A stretch of 32,000 bases of DNA, taken from assembly GCF_000016745.1 (NCBI RefSeq), contig NC_009483.1, forward strand, positions 4,890,001 through 4,922,000, written 5' to 3'. The stretch comes from Geotalea uraniireducens Rf4. GTDB lineage: Bacteria > Desulfobacterota > Desulfuromonadia > Geobacterales > Geobacteraceae. The notes beneath the pieces were generated by a model. That model made no database searches and was not told the DNA's origin. It saw only the letters and a program-made list of their open reading frames with translations. The stretch's first letter is position 1, and every line of letters begins with the position of its first letter. The translations under genes were made by a program, and so were the position numbers. This document shows, one piece after another, positions 1 to 9,535 of the stretch.

Positions 1-342
1 CACAGCAGCGGATGCCGCTTCTGCCGCGGCCGAGCTTTCATTGGCTTCAAGTGTTATCAGATGCTTCCCTCTGGCAACCCGGTCCCCTTCCTTTGCCGAA
101 ATGGTTCTAACGATGCCGGAGATGCGGGCGGCAATAAGTGCGGTATTTTTCGACTTGACAGTACCCACCGCTTCAAGGAGTTCGGGTATATCGCTCTCTG
201 TGACTTTCTCCGTGGAAAGTCCCTTTACATGGGGCACGTCCTGTGGGATTGCCCCCTCCTTCATCTTTTCACTGCATCCGGGAAGGACGGAGAGTGTTGC
301 GATAAACATCAGGCAGGCTACGACCGCCCCAATCCTTTTCAT
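1..342 (-). CDS. Efflux membrane-fusion (periplasmic adaptor, HlyD/AcrA/CzcB-type) lipoprotein; N-terminal 114 codons, continues past the window edge
   Basis: Absent from the ORF track because it is open at position 1. Hand translation of the minus strand from ATG 342..340 gives MKRIGAVVACLMFIATLSVLPGCSEKMKEG...ARISGIVRTISAKEGDRVARGKHLITLEANE. It has a hydrophobic signal plus an LPGC lipobox, and a GDxVxxGxxL lipoyl-like hairpin typical of adaptor subunits. The ATGA start/stop overlap with the upstream TolC-like gene suggests translational coupling. Confidence 0.75.
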   Translation of the reverse strand, partial: MKRIGAVVACLMFIATLSVLPGCSEKMKEGAIPQDVPHVKGLSTEKVTESDIPELLEAVGTVKSKNTALIAARISGIVRTISAKEGDRVARGKHLITLEANESSAAAEAASAAV

Positions 343-1679
343 TTCATGACCTCCTGCAAAAATGTCCCTGCGGCCAGATATATATCTGCAGCAGAGAGTG
401 CGAGCTGGTTTTCCGTATCGATTACATTTGCCCTCGCCCTGTTCAGGGCTGTCTGCGCATCCAGCAGCTCGGACATTGTTGCCAGAGAGTTCTGAAAACG
501 CTTCTCCAACAGGCGTACGCTTTCATCAGCATCCACAGACGAGTTACGGGCTACTTCCAATTTTTTCAGAGCCTCCTGATAGCGGAGAAAGCTTTCCATG
601 ACCTGCAAATCAACTTCCTGCCTATAATCATCTACATACTCTGCTGCAGCCTTTTCCAGCGCCACGTTTTTCTTTACTTCATTGCGTCTCCTCATCCCGT
701 CAAACAATTCCCAACGAAGTGTTGCACCGACAAACCAGGAATCATTATCATTACCAAACGGGACGTCCCGATCATTGAGCTGATATGAAGCGTCTGCATA
801 AATCGTCGGCAGATATGCGCTACGCGCCATTTTCACCCCCAATGCCGCTTTGTCCACATCCTTTTCCATCGTCTTCATGTCTATGCGATTTTGCAGTGCA
901 AGTTTTTTGAGATCGTCAATACCCATTACCGGATGCATTACGTCAATGCCATCGCTTATATCGAGCAGCTCCCCGGCATTGCCGGCTGTGGCCCTTGTAA
1001 GCTTCATTTTAGCCAGAAGAAGGTTGTTATTTGCGGTTATATTCTGTTGTTCGACCTCAGAAACAAAGGTCCGGGCTCTCAATTCGTCAGATTTCAACCC
1101 CGCACCAGCTTCGCTTCTGACAACGGCTAGCCTCTGATGCTCCCTCGCATCGATCAATGCTTGTTCTGTTGCTTTCAGGTAAGCCCTGGCCCGACGTATT
1201 TCAAGATATGCTGAATATACTTTTGCGGCAACCTCCTGGCGACGGCCTTCCAACAAAAGGTCACGCTTTTTTTCCTCGTTTTTCACCATTTCAACACCCT
1301 GGCCAATGGAAAGATCAAACAGAGGTTGTTCGAGTATGAGCTTTGTGCTGAAATCGTTAGATGCCTTGGGATGATTGAGGTTTGAGATCTCAAAATCGCT
1401 TGCACCAAACCGTCCCTGATCAAGTTTCATCATGAATACCCTGGTCGGAGCGTTTGATGCAACCACACCTTCCTCCATGAGGATGCGCGGCAGATAGCGG
1501 CTCTTCTTAATCGATTCCTCGCTTGTGGCAGCCGTTCTTTCAAATCCGGCAGCTTTTATCAGATGATGTCTCTCCAGGGCTAGGCTTATTGCCTCCCGCA
1601 GAGTAACATTAGCGTTTCCGGCATAGGCGGAAACCGGTAATGCAAGAATCACAGCCATGCTAATTATTATTTTTCTCAC
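339..1679 (-). CDS. Outer-membrane efflux protein (TolC/CzcC/OprM family)
   Basis: The ORF-track ORF is 339..1715. The sequence has the two-repeat coiled-coil/beta-barrel pattern typical of OEP-family proteins and lies in OMP-adaptor gene order. I prefer the GTG start at 1679: GGAG (1690..1687) lies 7 nt upstream, and this start gives a clean Sec signal M-RKIIISMAVILALPVSAYA/GN. ATG 1715 has no SD. Confidence 0.85.
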   Translation of the reverse strand: MRKIIISMAVILALPVSAYAGNANVTLREAISLALERHHLIKAAGFERTAATSEESIKKSRYLPRILMEEGVVASNAPTRVFMMKLDQGRFGASDFEISNLNHPKASNDFSTKLILEQPLFDLSIGQGVEMVKNEEKKRDLLLEGRRQEVAAKVYSAYLEIRRARAYLKATEQALIDAREHQRLAVVRSEAGAGLKSDELRARTFVSEVEQQNITANNNLLLAKMKLTRATAGNAGELLDISDGIDVMHPVMGIDDLKKLALQNRIDMKTMEKDVDKAALGVKMARSAYLPTIYADASYQLNDRDVPFGNDNDSWFVGATLRWELFDGMRRRNEVKKNVALEKAAAEYVDDYRQEVDLQVMESFLRYQEALKKLEVARNSSVDADESVRLLEKRFQNSLATMSELLDAQTALNRARANVIDTENQLALSAADIYLAAGTFLQEVMK

Positions 1680-1797
1680 TGATTCACTCCATTGATCGCT
1701 TTCAAACACAGCCATTTCTTATATATGGATTTTTATATATATTCTTCATCATATTGTCAAGCTAATTATAGCTCACTTGGCCACTAATTCATTTTCT

Positions 1798-1814
1798 TTA
1801 ATATTGAATATTAA
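1798..1814. repeat. Perfect 8-1-8 palindrome TTAATATTGAATATTAA in the AT-rich region upstream of the efflux operon; possible operator
   Basis: Read directly from the sequence, about 120 nt upstream of the 1679 start. Any function is speculative, because the region is AT-rich. Confidence 0.3.
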
Positions 1815-1943
1815 TTGCAATAAAACGATGCACAATCATCATAATCTGACGACTTGCATCATCAGGTAATAGTCAAATATGCAGGTCCTTCATCATCCTG
1901 TTCACGGAACGATATACATTTGTCTGTAATTGGAGTGCTGGAC

Positions 1944-1983
1944 AATAAAAAAAAGTCCCCCTGAATTCACAGGGGGACTTTTA
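1944..1983 (-). terminator. Intrinsic terminator of the nuo operon
   Basis: On the minus strand, the hairpin AAAAGTCCCCCTG-tgaatt-CAGGGGGACTTTT (1982..1951) is followed by a T-run (plus-strand A-run 1947-1954), 25 nt after the nuoN stop (2007-2009). Confidence 0.85.
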
Positions 1984-2006
1984 TATTCAATGTATGAAAA
2001 TATAAC

Positions 2007-3470
2007 TTAGAACAAGACGGCCTTCTGGGCAAGCTGCAGGAGATACCCGGGAATCACTCCGGGAATCATAACGCCGGCCACAGAAATGAACAGGCAAAGT
2101 GCAATGGCGGGTGTTACCTTTACCCAATCAAACTCTTCGACAGGATCTTTCATGTACATGAAAACCATAACGCGCAAATAATAATAAACAGATGCCGCGC
2201 TGTTTAAAACGCCTATGATAGCCAGTCCGATATAACCGGATTTAATAGCCGCAGAGAAGAGGTAGAACTTTCCGACAAAACCGACCATTGGCGGAATACC
2301 CGCAAGTGAAAAGAGAAAAATAGCCATAATCAGTGCAAGCACAGGACGCCTGAAACCTAAACCTGCATAATCGGAGACATTGTTGTTCGCCTCGCCCTTT
2401 TTGCCAATCAGTATGATGATGGCAAAAGCACCGATATTCATAAAGGCGTAGGAGAGCATGTAGAACAGGATACCTGCTGCACCCTCGGCATTCCCGGCCG
2501 TAAAACCAACCAGTGCATAGCCGGCATGTGCGATCGAAGAATACGCAAGCATGCGTTTGATGTTGTCCTGGCTTAAAGCGATGATGTTACCAACCGTCAT
2601 GGTCAATACGGCAAGTATCCAAAGCAGATCAGTCCAATCCGCCTTAAGGGTTGGGAAAGCAAACACGAGTACCCTGATGAAGGCGGCAAATCCGGCAGCC
2701 TTCGGACCGGCAGACATGAAAGCCGTCATCGGTGTCGGCGCACCTTCGTACACATCAGGCGTCCACATATGGAAGGGAGCGGCGGCAATTTTGAACGAAA
2801 AGCCAATCGCTATAAGTAGCATACCGACAAGGAACATCGGGTTGGCTGTAACCGATCCGTTTTGAGCAACATATGCTGCAATGTTGGCTATCTTGGTCGT
2901 GCCCGTCGAACCATACGTAAGCGCCATACCATAGAGGAGAAACCCGGTGGAAAAGGCTCCAAGCAGGAAGTACTTGAGGCCGGCTTCATTCGACTTAATA
3001 TTATTCCTATTGAAACCAGCAAGCACGTAAAGGGAAACAGACAGCACCTCGAGTCCGAGGAAGATGGTCATCAAATCGGTGCCGGATGCCATCAGCATCA
3101 TGCCGGCAGTGGCGAGCAGTATCAATGGATATAGTTCACCGTGATTACACTCTTCACGCTCCATGTACTGGTCACTTATCAGGATTGTCAGGGCCGCTGA
3201 CAGCAAAAATATCGCTTTAAAGAAAAGTGCGAAATTATCTTGGATCACCGAACCATTGAAACCTTCCCTGATTGCCTGCGGAGCATCCCAACCGTTAAAG
3301 ACACTTACAGCAGAAACGATAATGCCTATCAAGCTTAAATATCCCAGGTAGGCCTTCTGTTTGCCAGGGACAAAGACATTGACCAGCAGGAGCACCATGG
3401 CGAAGACTGAAAGGATTGTCTCAGGCATCACCGCGGTAAAGTTTATGGCTGGCATAGCGATTGTTTCCAT
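2007..3470 (-). CDS. nuoN: NADH-quinone oxidoreductase subunit N
   Basis: 487-aa polytopic membrane protein of the antiporter-like Nuo/Mrp family. It is last in the nuo gene order. Confidence 0.95.
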   Translation of the reverse strand: METIAMPAINFTAVMPETILSVFAMVLLLVNVFVPGKQKAYLGYLSLIGIIVSAVSVFNGWDAPQAIREGFNGSVIQDNFALFFKAIFLLSAALTILISDQYMEREECNHGELYPLILLATAGMMLMASGTDLMTIFLGLEVLSVSLYVLAGFNRNNIKSNEAGLKYFLLGAFSTGFLLYGMALTYGSTGTTKIANIAAYVAQNGSVTANPMFLVGMLLIAIGFSFKIAAAPFHMWTPDVYEGAPTPMTAFMSAGPKAAGFAAFIRVLVFAFPTLKADWTDLLWILAVLTMTVGNIIALSQDNIKRMLAYSSIAHAGYALVGFTAGNAEGAAGILFYMLSYAFMNIGAFAIIILIGKKGEANNNVSDYAGLGFRRPVLALIMAIFLFSLAGIPPMVGFVGKFYLFSAAIKSGYIGLAIIGVLNSAASVYYYLRVMVFMYMKDPVEEFDWVKVTPAIALCLFISVAGVMIPGVIPGYLLQLAQKAVLF

Positions 3471-3502
3471 CTAATTTCCTCCGGTAGCTATTCTAAACGG
3501 TT

Positions 3503-5080
3503 CTATTTCACTTCAGCTGCGGTAGCTGCCTGGGGTGCAGCCTGTGGCATAATCTGCATCTGCTGCACTACTGGCGCAGGCTGATTGGCGGCAACCTGCT
3601 TCGTCTTGACATGTTGGATCAAGTTGTCGATGGACGGTGTCATCTTGTCGAGAAACGGCTTGGGATAAACACCCATGAAGAATATCAGTACAAGCAGAGG
3701 CAACATTATAACGATTTCTCTTGCGTTCAGATCCTTGAGTACCTGATTTTTCGGATTATTGAGTTCTCCGAACATTACACGCTGGAACATCCATAACATA
3801 TAGACAGCAGAGAGGATGACGCCGCTTGATGCGATTATTGAATACCATCTGATGCTGCTTTCAAAAGAGCCGATCAAGACGAGGAACTCACCGACAAAGC
3901 CGTTTGTTCCAGGCAAACCGATGGAAGAAAGGGTAACAATCATGAAGATAGTTGCAAATACGGGCATCTGCTTGGAAAGGCCGCCGAAATCGGTAATAAG
4001 CCGCGTGTGACGACGTTCATAAATGAAGCCGACGATAAGGAACAGTGCCCCGGTTGAAACACCATGATTAAGCATCTGCAACATGCCACCGGCAATCCCT
4101 TGCTGGTTAAGGGCAAAAACACCAAGCATGACAAAACCAAGATGCGCTACTGATGAGTACGCAACCAACTTCTTCACATCTTCCTGGACCATGGCAACCA
4201 GTGCAGCGTAAATAATGCCGATTACAGAAAGAGTAGCAATAAGTGGCGTAAACTGCGCCGTTGCAATCGGGAAAAGCGGGATGGCAAAACGGACAAAGCC
4301 GTAGGTACCCATCTTCAGGAGCACTGCTGCAAGTATTACAGAACCGGCTGTAGGTGCTTCGGTGTGGGCATCCGGCAACCATGTGTGTAAGGGGAACATG
4401 GGAACCTTAATTGCGAAGGCCAGGGCAAATGCAAGGAACATCCATGTCTGAGTAGCTGGGTCAAGTGACAACTGATAGAATTTCAACAGATTAAAATCGC
4501 CCCCCCCTGCTTTGAAATAGAGGGTAATGAGCGCAACAAGCATGAGGAGTGAGCCAACCATGGTGTAGATAAAAAACTTAACCGCTGCATAAATCTTATT
4601 CTTGCCACCCCAGATACCGATGATGAAATACATCGGAATAAGCATTACTTCCCAGAAAATGTAGAAAAGGAACAGGTCGAGAGAAATAAACGCACCGAGC
4701 ATGCCGACTTCGAGCAGAAGCAGGCAGATCATGTATTCCTTCACCTTTTCTTCAACCGCTGTCCAGGTCGAAAGTATGGCGATAGGCATGATGAAGGTTG
4801 TCAGGATTACAAGCCAGAGGCTTATCCCATCGATGCCGATATGGTAGTTCATCTGAAACGGGCCTGCTGCGATCCAGGGTATCATTTCGACAAACTGAAA
4901 CTCGGCATTATTCTGAAATCCCGTAACCAGAGGTAGCGACACTATAAATGCTATCAGAGAAATTCCAAGGGCAATTCCCCTCGAGACCGCGTGGCTGTTC
5001 TTATTTACAAAGAATAGGAGAAATACCCCTAACAGCGGCAGGAAAGTTATTATGCTCAGTAACGCAGGCATCTGGTTCAT
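3503..5080 (-). CDS. nuoM: NADH-quinone oxidoreductase subunit M
   Basis: 525-aa antiporter-like subunit (WLPDAHTEAPTAGSV motif) in the expected operon position. It has a low-complexity Q/A/P-rich C-terminal tail. Confidence 0.95.
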   Translation of the reverse strand: MNQMPALLSIITFLPLLGVFLLFFVNKNSHAVSRGIALGISLIAFIVSLPLVTGFQNNAEFQFVEMIPWIAAGPFQMNYHIGIDGISLWLVILTTFIMPIAILSTWTAVEEKVKEYMICLLLLEVGMLGAFISLDLFLFYIFWEVMLIPMYFIIGIWGGKNKIYAAVKFFIYTMVGSLLMLVALITLYFKAGGGDFNLLKFYQLSLDPATQTWMFLAFALAFAIKVPMFPLHTWLPDAHTEAPTAGSVILAAVLLKMGTYGFVRFAIPLFPIATAQFTPLIATLSVIGIIYAALVAMVQEDVKKLVAYSSVAHLGFVMLGVFALNQQGIAGGMLQMLNHGVSTGALFLIVGFIYERRHTRLITDFGGLSKQMPVFATIFMIVTLSSIGLPGTNGFVGEFLVLIGSFESSIRWYSIIASSGVILSAVYMLWMFQRVMFGELNNPKNQVLKDLNAREIVIMLPLLVLIFFMGVYPKPFLDKMTPSIDNLIQHVKTKQVAANQPAPVVQQMQIMPQAAPQAATAAEVK

Positions 5081-5121
5081 TTACTCTGCTCCTTTTACTT
5101 CTGACAAAAATTATCTAATTC

Positions 5122-7128
5122 CTAGCGAAAAATGTAATAACCGACAATCACAACCATGCCCAGAGCCATCGAAAAGGCATAGTTATGGACATAACCCGAT
5201 TGAATGTTTCTCAGTACTGCACTGAAACCGATTACTGTCTTGGCTACACCGTTGACTATGCCGTCAACCACGAGCACATCAAAACCCTTCCAGAGAAATC
5301 TGCCGATTGCTTTGCAGGGATTGACAAAGAGGAAGTCGTAGAGTTCGTCGATATACCACTTATTGTAGACAGCCTTATGCAGACCCGGGAATGCAGCGGT
5401 AAACTTTGCCGGTATTGATGGTGAAACTATATAGAGTGCATAAGCTATGCTGATGCCAATTACTGCGATGATTACAGAAGTACCCATCAAACCCCACTCA
5501 AGGGAGGCGCTGTGATGCGCAGCAGCATGACCGTGCTCCTTGGCGAACTCTTCGGAGATCCTGAAAACCGGCTCAAGATAGTGTTCAAAGTAATTGGGTA
5601 TCCCGCCGAACATTTCACCGATCAACTTAGGTATGCCAACGTAGCCGCCTACAACGGCCAGGGTACCCAGAACCATGAGCGGCAAGGTGATGACAAACGG
5701 CGATTCGTGGAGATGGTCTTTAGCCTTTGGATTAATGCGGCATTCGCCAAAGAACGTCATGAACACAAGACGGAACATATAGAACGCTGTGAAACCGGCT
5801 GCAACGGCGCCTGTTCCCCAGAGTATATAGTTGAGGTTACCATGGTACGGATTGGCAAACGCTTGCCAGAGGATCTCGTCCTTTGAAAAGAATCCGGAGA
5901 AGCCGGGGATACCTGCTATGGCTATGGTAGATACCAGAAAAGTCAGGAAGGTGATCGGCATCTTGGATTTCAATCCACCCATGTTGCGCATATCCTGGGC
6001 ATCATCGTGGGAATGTGCGTGGTGCAATGCATGGTGCATGGAGTGAATAACCGATCCTGAACCAAGAAACAGACATGCCTTGAAGAATGCGTGGGTCATC
6101 AGGTGGAATACGCCGGCGGCAAATGCACCGACCCCCATGGCCAAGAACATGAAACCGAGCTGGGATACCGTGGAATAGGCAAGAACTCGCTTGATGTCGT
6201 TCTGGGCTGTGCCGATGGTTGCGGCAAAGATAGCTGTTGCCGCACCGACGCAAGCAATAACAAGCATCGTCTCAGGAGCTTTGATGAATATGAAGTTCAT
6301 GCGACCGATCATGTAAACACCGGCGGTAACCATTGTCGCAGCATGGATGAGCGCAGAAACAGGGGTCGGACCTTCCATCGCGTCCGGGAGCCAGGTGTAA
6401 AGCGGAATCTGAGCTGACTTGCCGGTCGCACCAAGGAAGAAGCATAATGTAATGATAGTTACAACTCCGCCAATGGGAAGCAGATGTGAAGCCTGGCCAA
6501 GCTGGACAAAATTTATCGTCCAGACATTATGGTTATGGCCGAGGTACCAGAAGAGTGTAAATAAGCCGAGAAGAAAACCAAAGTCACCGACCCTGTTCAT
6601 GACGAATGCTTTTTTGCCTGCATCGCCGGCAGATTTCTTATGGAAATAATACCCGATGAGCAGATAGGAACAGAGACCGACACCTTCCCAGCCGACAAAC
6701 ATGAGCAACAGGTTATTGCCGAGAACCAGAAGCAGCATGGAAAATGTAAACAGGTTCAAGTAGGTGAAGTAGCGGTAGAATCCTTCTTCTCCGTGCATAT
6801 AACCAATCGAATAGAGATGGATAAGGAAACCGACACCGGTAACAACCATTATCATTAAAGCTGAAAGCGGATCTATGAGAAAACCGATATCTGCTTTAAA
6901 GTTACCGGACTGAATCCAGGTAAAGAGGTTCAGTTCGAATAAACGCTCTTCACTGGGAAGCGACAGTAACTTGAACAGTATGCTGCAAGAAACCAGGAAA
7001 GAACCAAAGACCATTAACGATCCGATCCCGCCTATAATCTTCTCATTCTTTATTGATTTGCCGAATAGGCCGTTGATTACCACACCTATGAGTGGGAAAA
7101 GTGGGATCAACCATACGTATTCAAACAT
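5122..7128 (-). CDS. nuoL: NADH-quinone oxidoreductase subunit L
   Basis: 668-aa antiporter-like subunit (WLPDAMEGPTPVSALIHAATMV) with the long C-terminal lateral-helix region. Confidence 0.95.
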   Translation of the reverse strand: MFEYVWLIPLFPLIGVVINGLFGKSIKNEKIIGGIGSLMVFGSFLVSCSILFKLLSLPSEERLFELNLFTWIQSGNFKADIGFLIDPLSALMIMVVTGVGFLIHLYSIGYMHGEEGFYRYFTYLNLFTFSMLLLVLGNNLLLMFVGWEGVGLCSYLLIGYYFHKKSAGDAGKKAFVMNRVGDFGFLLGLFTLFWYLGHNHNVWTINFVQLGQASHLLPIGGVVTIITLCFFLGATGKSAQIPLYTWLPDAMEGPTPVSALIHAATMVTAGVYMIGRMNFIFIKAPETMLVIACVGAATAIFAATIGTAQNDIKRVLAYSTVSQLGFMFLAMGVGAFAAGVFHLMTHAFFKACLFLGSGSVIHSMHHALHHAHSHDDAQDMRNMGGLKSKMPITFLTFLVSTIAIAGIPGFSGFFSKDEILWQAFANPYHGNLNYILWGTGAVAAGFTAFYMFRLVFMTFFGECRINPKAKDHLHESPFVITLPLMVLGTLAVVGGYVGIPKLIGEMFGGIPNYFEHYLEPVFRISEEFAKEHGHAAAHHSASLEWGLMGTSVIIAVIGISIAYALYIVSPSIPAKFTAAFPGLHKAVYNKWYIDELYDFLFVNPCKAIGRFLWKGFDVLVVDGIVNGVAKTVIGFSAVLRNIQSGYVHNYAFSMALGMVVIVGYYIFR

Positions 7129-7173
7129 TCCTGACTCCTTTATCTGATAGTTTCCTTAAATTTAACGCTGTAA

Positions 7174-7476
7174 CTACCATTTCATGAGATTGACATCTTC
7201 AACGTCAATCGACTCTCTATTTTTATAGAAGGCAATCATAAGAGCAAGGCCGACCGCTGCTTCAGCAGCTGCGACCGTCATAACGAAGAATACAAAGATC
7301 TGGCCGTCAATGTTGCCAAGATATTTGGAAAAAGCAATAAAGGTCAGGTTTACTGCGTTCAGCATCATCTCGACACACATGAAGATCACAATGGCATTTC
7401 TTCTGACAAGTACGCCGATAGTACCTATTGAGAATAATATTGCGCTGAGTATTAGATAGTTGTTTAAGGCTAACAT
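7174..7476 (-). CDS. nuoK: NADH-quinone oxidoreductase subunit K
   Basis: 100 aa with three TM helices, in the expected operon position. Confidence 0.95.
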   Translation of the reverse strand: MLALNNYLILSAILFSIGTIGVLVRRNAIVIFMCVEMMLNAVNLTFIAFSKYLGNIDGQIFVFFVMTVAAAEAAVGLALMIAFYKNRESIDVEDVNLMKW

Positions 7477-7495
7477 GTCTTTACTCCTGAGTTCT

Positions 7496-8002
7496 TTAAA
7501 TTTTTCTTTTAGTGAGAATCACGGCGCCGATGATTGCTACAAGCAGCAGCAACGATGTTATTTCAAAGGGGAGCAAGAATTCTGTGTACAAAGCCTTACC
7601 TATGAGTTCGACATGACCAACCCGTTCAACCAATGCGGTATCCATGACGCCCTTGTTGCCGGTCAGTGAGCTTCTGAACAGGAAATAACATGTCTGGAAC
7701 AGAACCAAAAGACCGATTATGCTGCCTGCCAGTATCGCATGTGTGGTTTTTCTGCCGGTTTCAGTTCTTATGTTGAGCAGCATGATTACAAAAACAATCA
7801 GAACCATAATCGCGCCGGCATAGACAATCACCTGTATGGCTGCCATAAATGGGGCATCCAGCATAACGTAAAAGGTCGCAAGGCAAAAGAAGGTCATGAC
7901 CAGCGAAAGGGCACTGTTGATCGGATTTTTGCAGGTTATAACCAGAATGCTGGATATGACAGCCACCGCTGCCACGATGATGAAGAATAACGATTCTAGC
8001 AT
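7496..8002 (-). CDS. nuoJ: NADH-quinone oxidoreductase subunit J
   Basis: 168-aa membrane protein in the expected operon position. Confidence 0.92.
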   Translation of the reverse strand: MLESLFFIIVAAVAVISSILVITCKNPINSALSLVMTFFCLATFYVMLDAPFMAAIQVIVYAGAIMVLIVFVIMLLNIRTETGRKTTHAILAGSIIGLLVLFQTCYFLFRSSLTGNKGVMDTALVERVGHVELIGKALYTEFLLPFEITSLLLLVAIIGAVILTKRKI

Positions 8003-8013
8003 TGACTGCTCCT

Positions 8014-8412
8014 TTATTTCTTTTCTAAAAGTCTTTCCTTGGTAAAGATGAAATCCTGTCGTTTATAACTGGCAAGCTCAAACGTGTCCGTCATTCGTAT
8101 GGCATCTACGGGACATGCTTCTACACAGTAGCCGCAAAAGATGCAACGCAGCATATCTATCTCATATTTTGCGGCGAACTTGTCATGGTTCTCATCCTCA
8201 CCCGCCTCAACCGTAATGCATTTAGCAGGGCAGACTGTCGGACAGAGATAGCAGGCAACACATTTCGCCCGGTCATGTGAAACATTGAGCGCGTGGAGAC
8301 CCCTGAAACCCGGTTCTATTTTAGGTCTCTCGTCAGGATACTGAAGAGTGACCGGTTTCTGAAAAAGATGTTTTAATGTGATCTGTAAACCTTTAAGCAA
8401 CGGCATTATCAT
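8014..8412 (-). CDS. nuoI: NADH-quinone oxidoreductase subunit I (2x[4Fe-4S])
   Basis: Two CxxCxxCxxxCP motifs: CVACYLCPTVCP and CIFCGYCVEACP. Confidence 0.95.
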   Translation of the reverse strand: MIMPLLKGLQITLKHLFQKPVTLQYPDERPKIEPGFRGLHALNVSHDRAKCVACYLCPTVCPAKCITVEAGEDENHDKFAAKYEIDMLRCIFCGYCVEACPVDAIRMTDTFELASYKRQDFIFTKERLLEKK

Positions 8413-8439
8413 GGTGATACCTCGCCTGTAAATTAAATA

Positions 8440-9489
8440 TTATTTAAAAAGCGTAACGACTATTCCCGTAACCACGACATTCAAAAGCGTCAGTGGCAGG
8501 AATACTTTCCAGCCAAGGCCCATCAGCTGATCATAACGATATCGGGGATATGTAGCCCTGATCCACATGCAGCAGAATATAAGGAAATACACCTTGGCAA
8601 CGAAATTTATTACCGGGAAGAAAGGACCATGCCAGCCGCCAAGAAAAAGTGTGGTAGTAACGGCGCAAACCGTAATCATATTCGCATATTCAGCCATAAA
8701 GAACATGGCGTATTTCATACTTGAATACTCTGTACAAAAGCCTGATACAAGTTCAGTCTCAGCCTCTGGGAGGTCGAATGGTGTGCGGTTTATTTCTGCC
8801 AGAGAGCAGATAAAGAAGATTATGAATGCCAGCGGCTGCTTGAAGGCGTACCAATTTGTTATGAAGCCAGCCTGGTCGGCGACGATCTTATGTAGCGAGA
8901 GAGATTCTGACAGCATAAAAACGGCGACTATGGCAAGCCCTGCTGCCAACTCATATGAGACCATCTGCGCGGAGGCGCGAAGCCCGCCGAGCAACGAATA
9001 TTTACTGTTTGAAGACCAACCGGCCAGGACTATGCCATAGACGCCAAGTGAAGCCATACCAAGGATATAAAGAACCCCGACATTAACATCAAGCACAGCC
9101 CCGGTAGCCTGATCGTTAATTACTGCGGCAATCTGCAAGGGGATCTTGTAACCGGCAACCTCGATCGTATCGCCAAATGGAATTACCGCAAACGCAATAA
9201 AGGCGGGGACCAGCGCAACAAGTGGTGCAATAAGGAATGCAAATTTACTCGATTGCGCAGGGATGATCTCTTCTTTGAAAAAAAGCTTGATCCCATCGGC
9301 AATCGGTTGTAGCAAACCGTGCCAGCCAGTTCTCATCGGGCCGAGACGTACCTGCATGTGCCCAATTATCTTCCTCTCTGCATAGGTTGCATAAGCGACC
9401 GTCAATAGTACAAAGACAAAGGCTACGAGCACTTTGGCAATCATTGCTATGTAGTACGCAACTGGCAGTCCTAAGATTAGCGTATCCAT
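8440..9489 (-). CDS. nuoH: NADH-quinone oxidoreductase subunit H
   Basis: 349-aa polytopic protein of the ND1 family (ERKIIGHMQVRLGP, EYSSMKYAMFFMAEY). Confidence 0.95.
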   Translation of the reverse strand: MDTLILGLPVAYYIAMIAKVLVAFVFVLLTVAYATYAERKIIGHMQVRLGPMRTGWHGLLQPIADGIKLFFKEEIIPAQSSKFAFLIAPLVALVPAFIAFAVIPFGDTIEVAGYKIPLQIAAVINDQATGAVLDVNVGVLYILGMASLGVYGIVLAGWSSNSKYSLLGGLRASAQMVSYELAAGLAIVAVFMLSESLSLHKIVADQAGFITNWYAFKQPLAFIIFFICSLAEINRTPFDLPEAETELVSGFCTEYSSMKYAMFFMAEYANMITVCAVTTTLFLGGWHGPFFPVINFVAKVYFLIFCCMWIRATYPRYRYDQLMGLGWKVFLPLTLLNVVVTGIVVTLFK

Positions 9490-9535
9490 CTGATTGTCTT
9501 CCCCTCTTTAGTGAATTTAGCTATAACTTCAGTTG

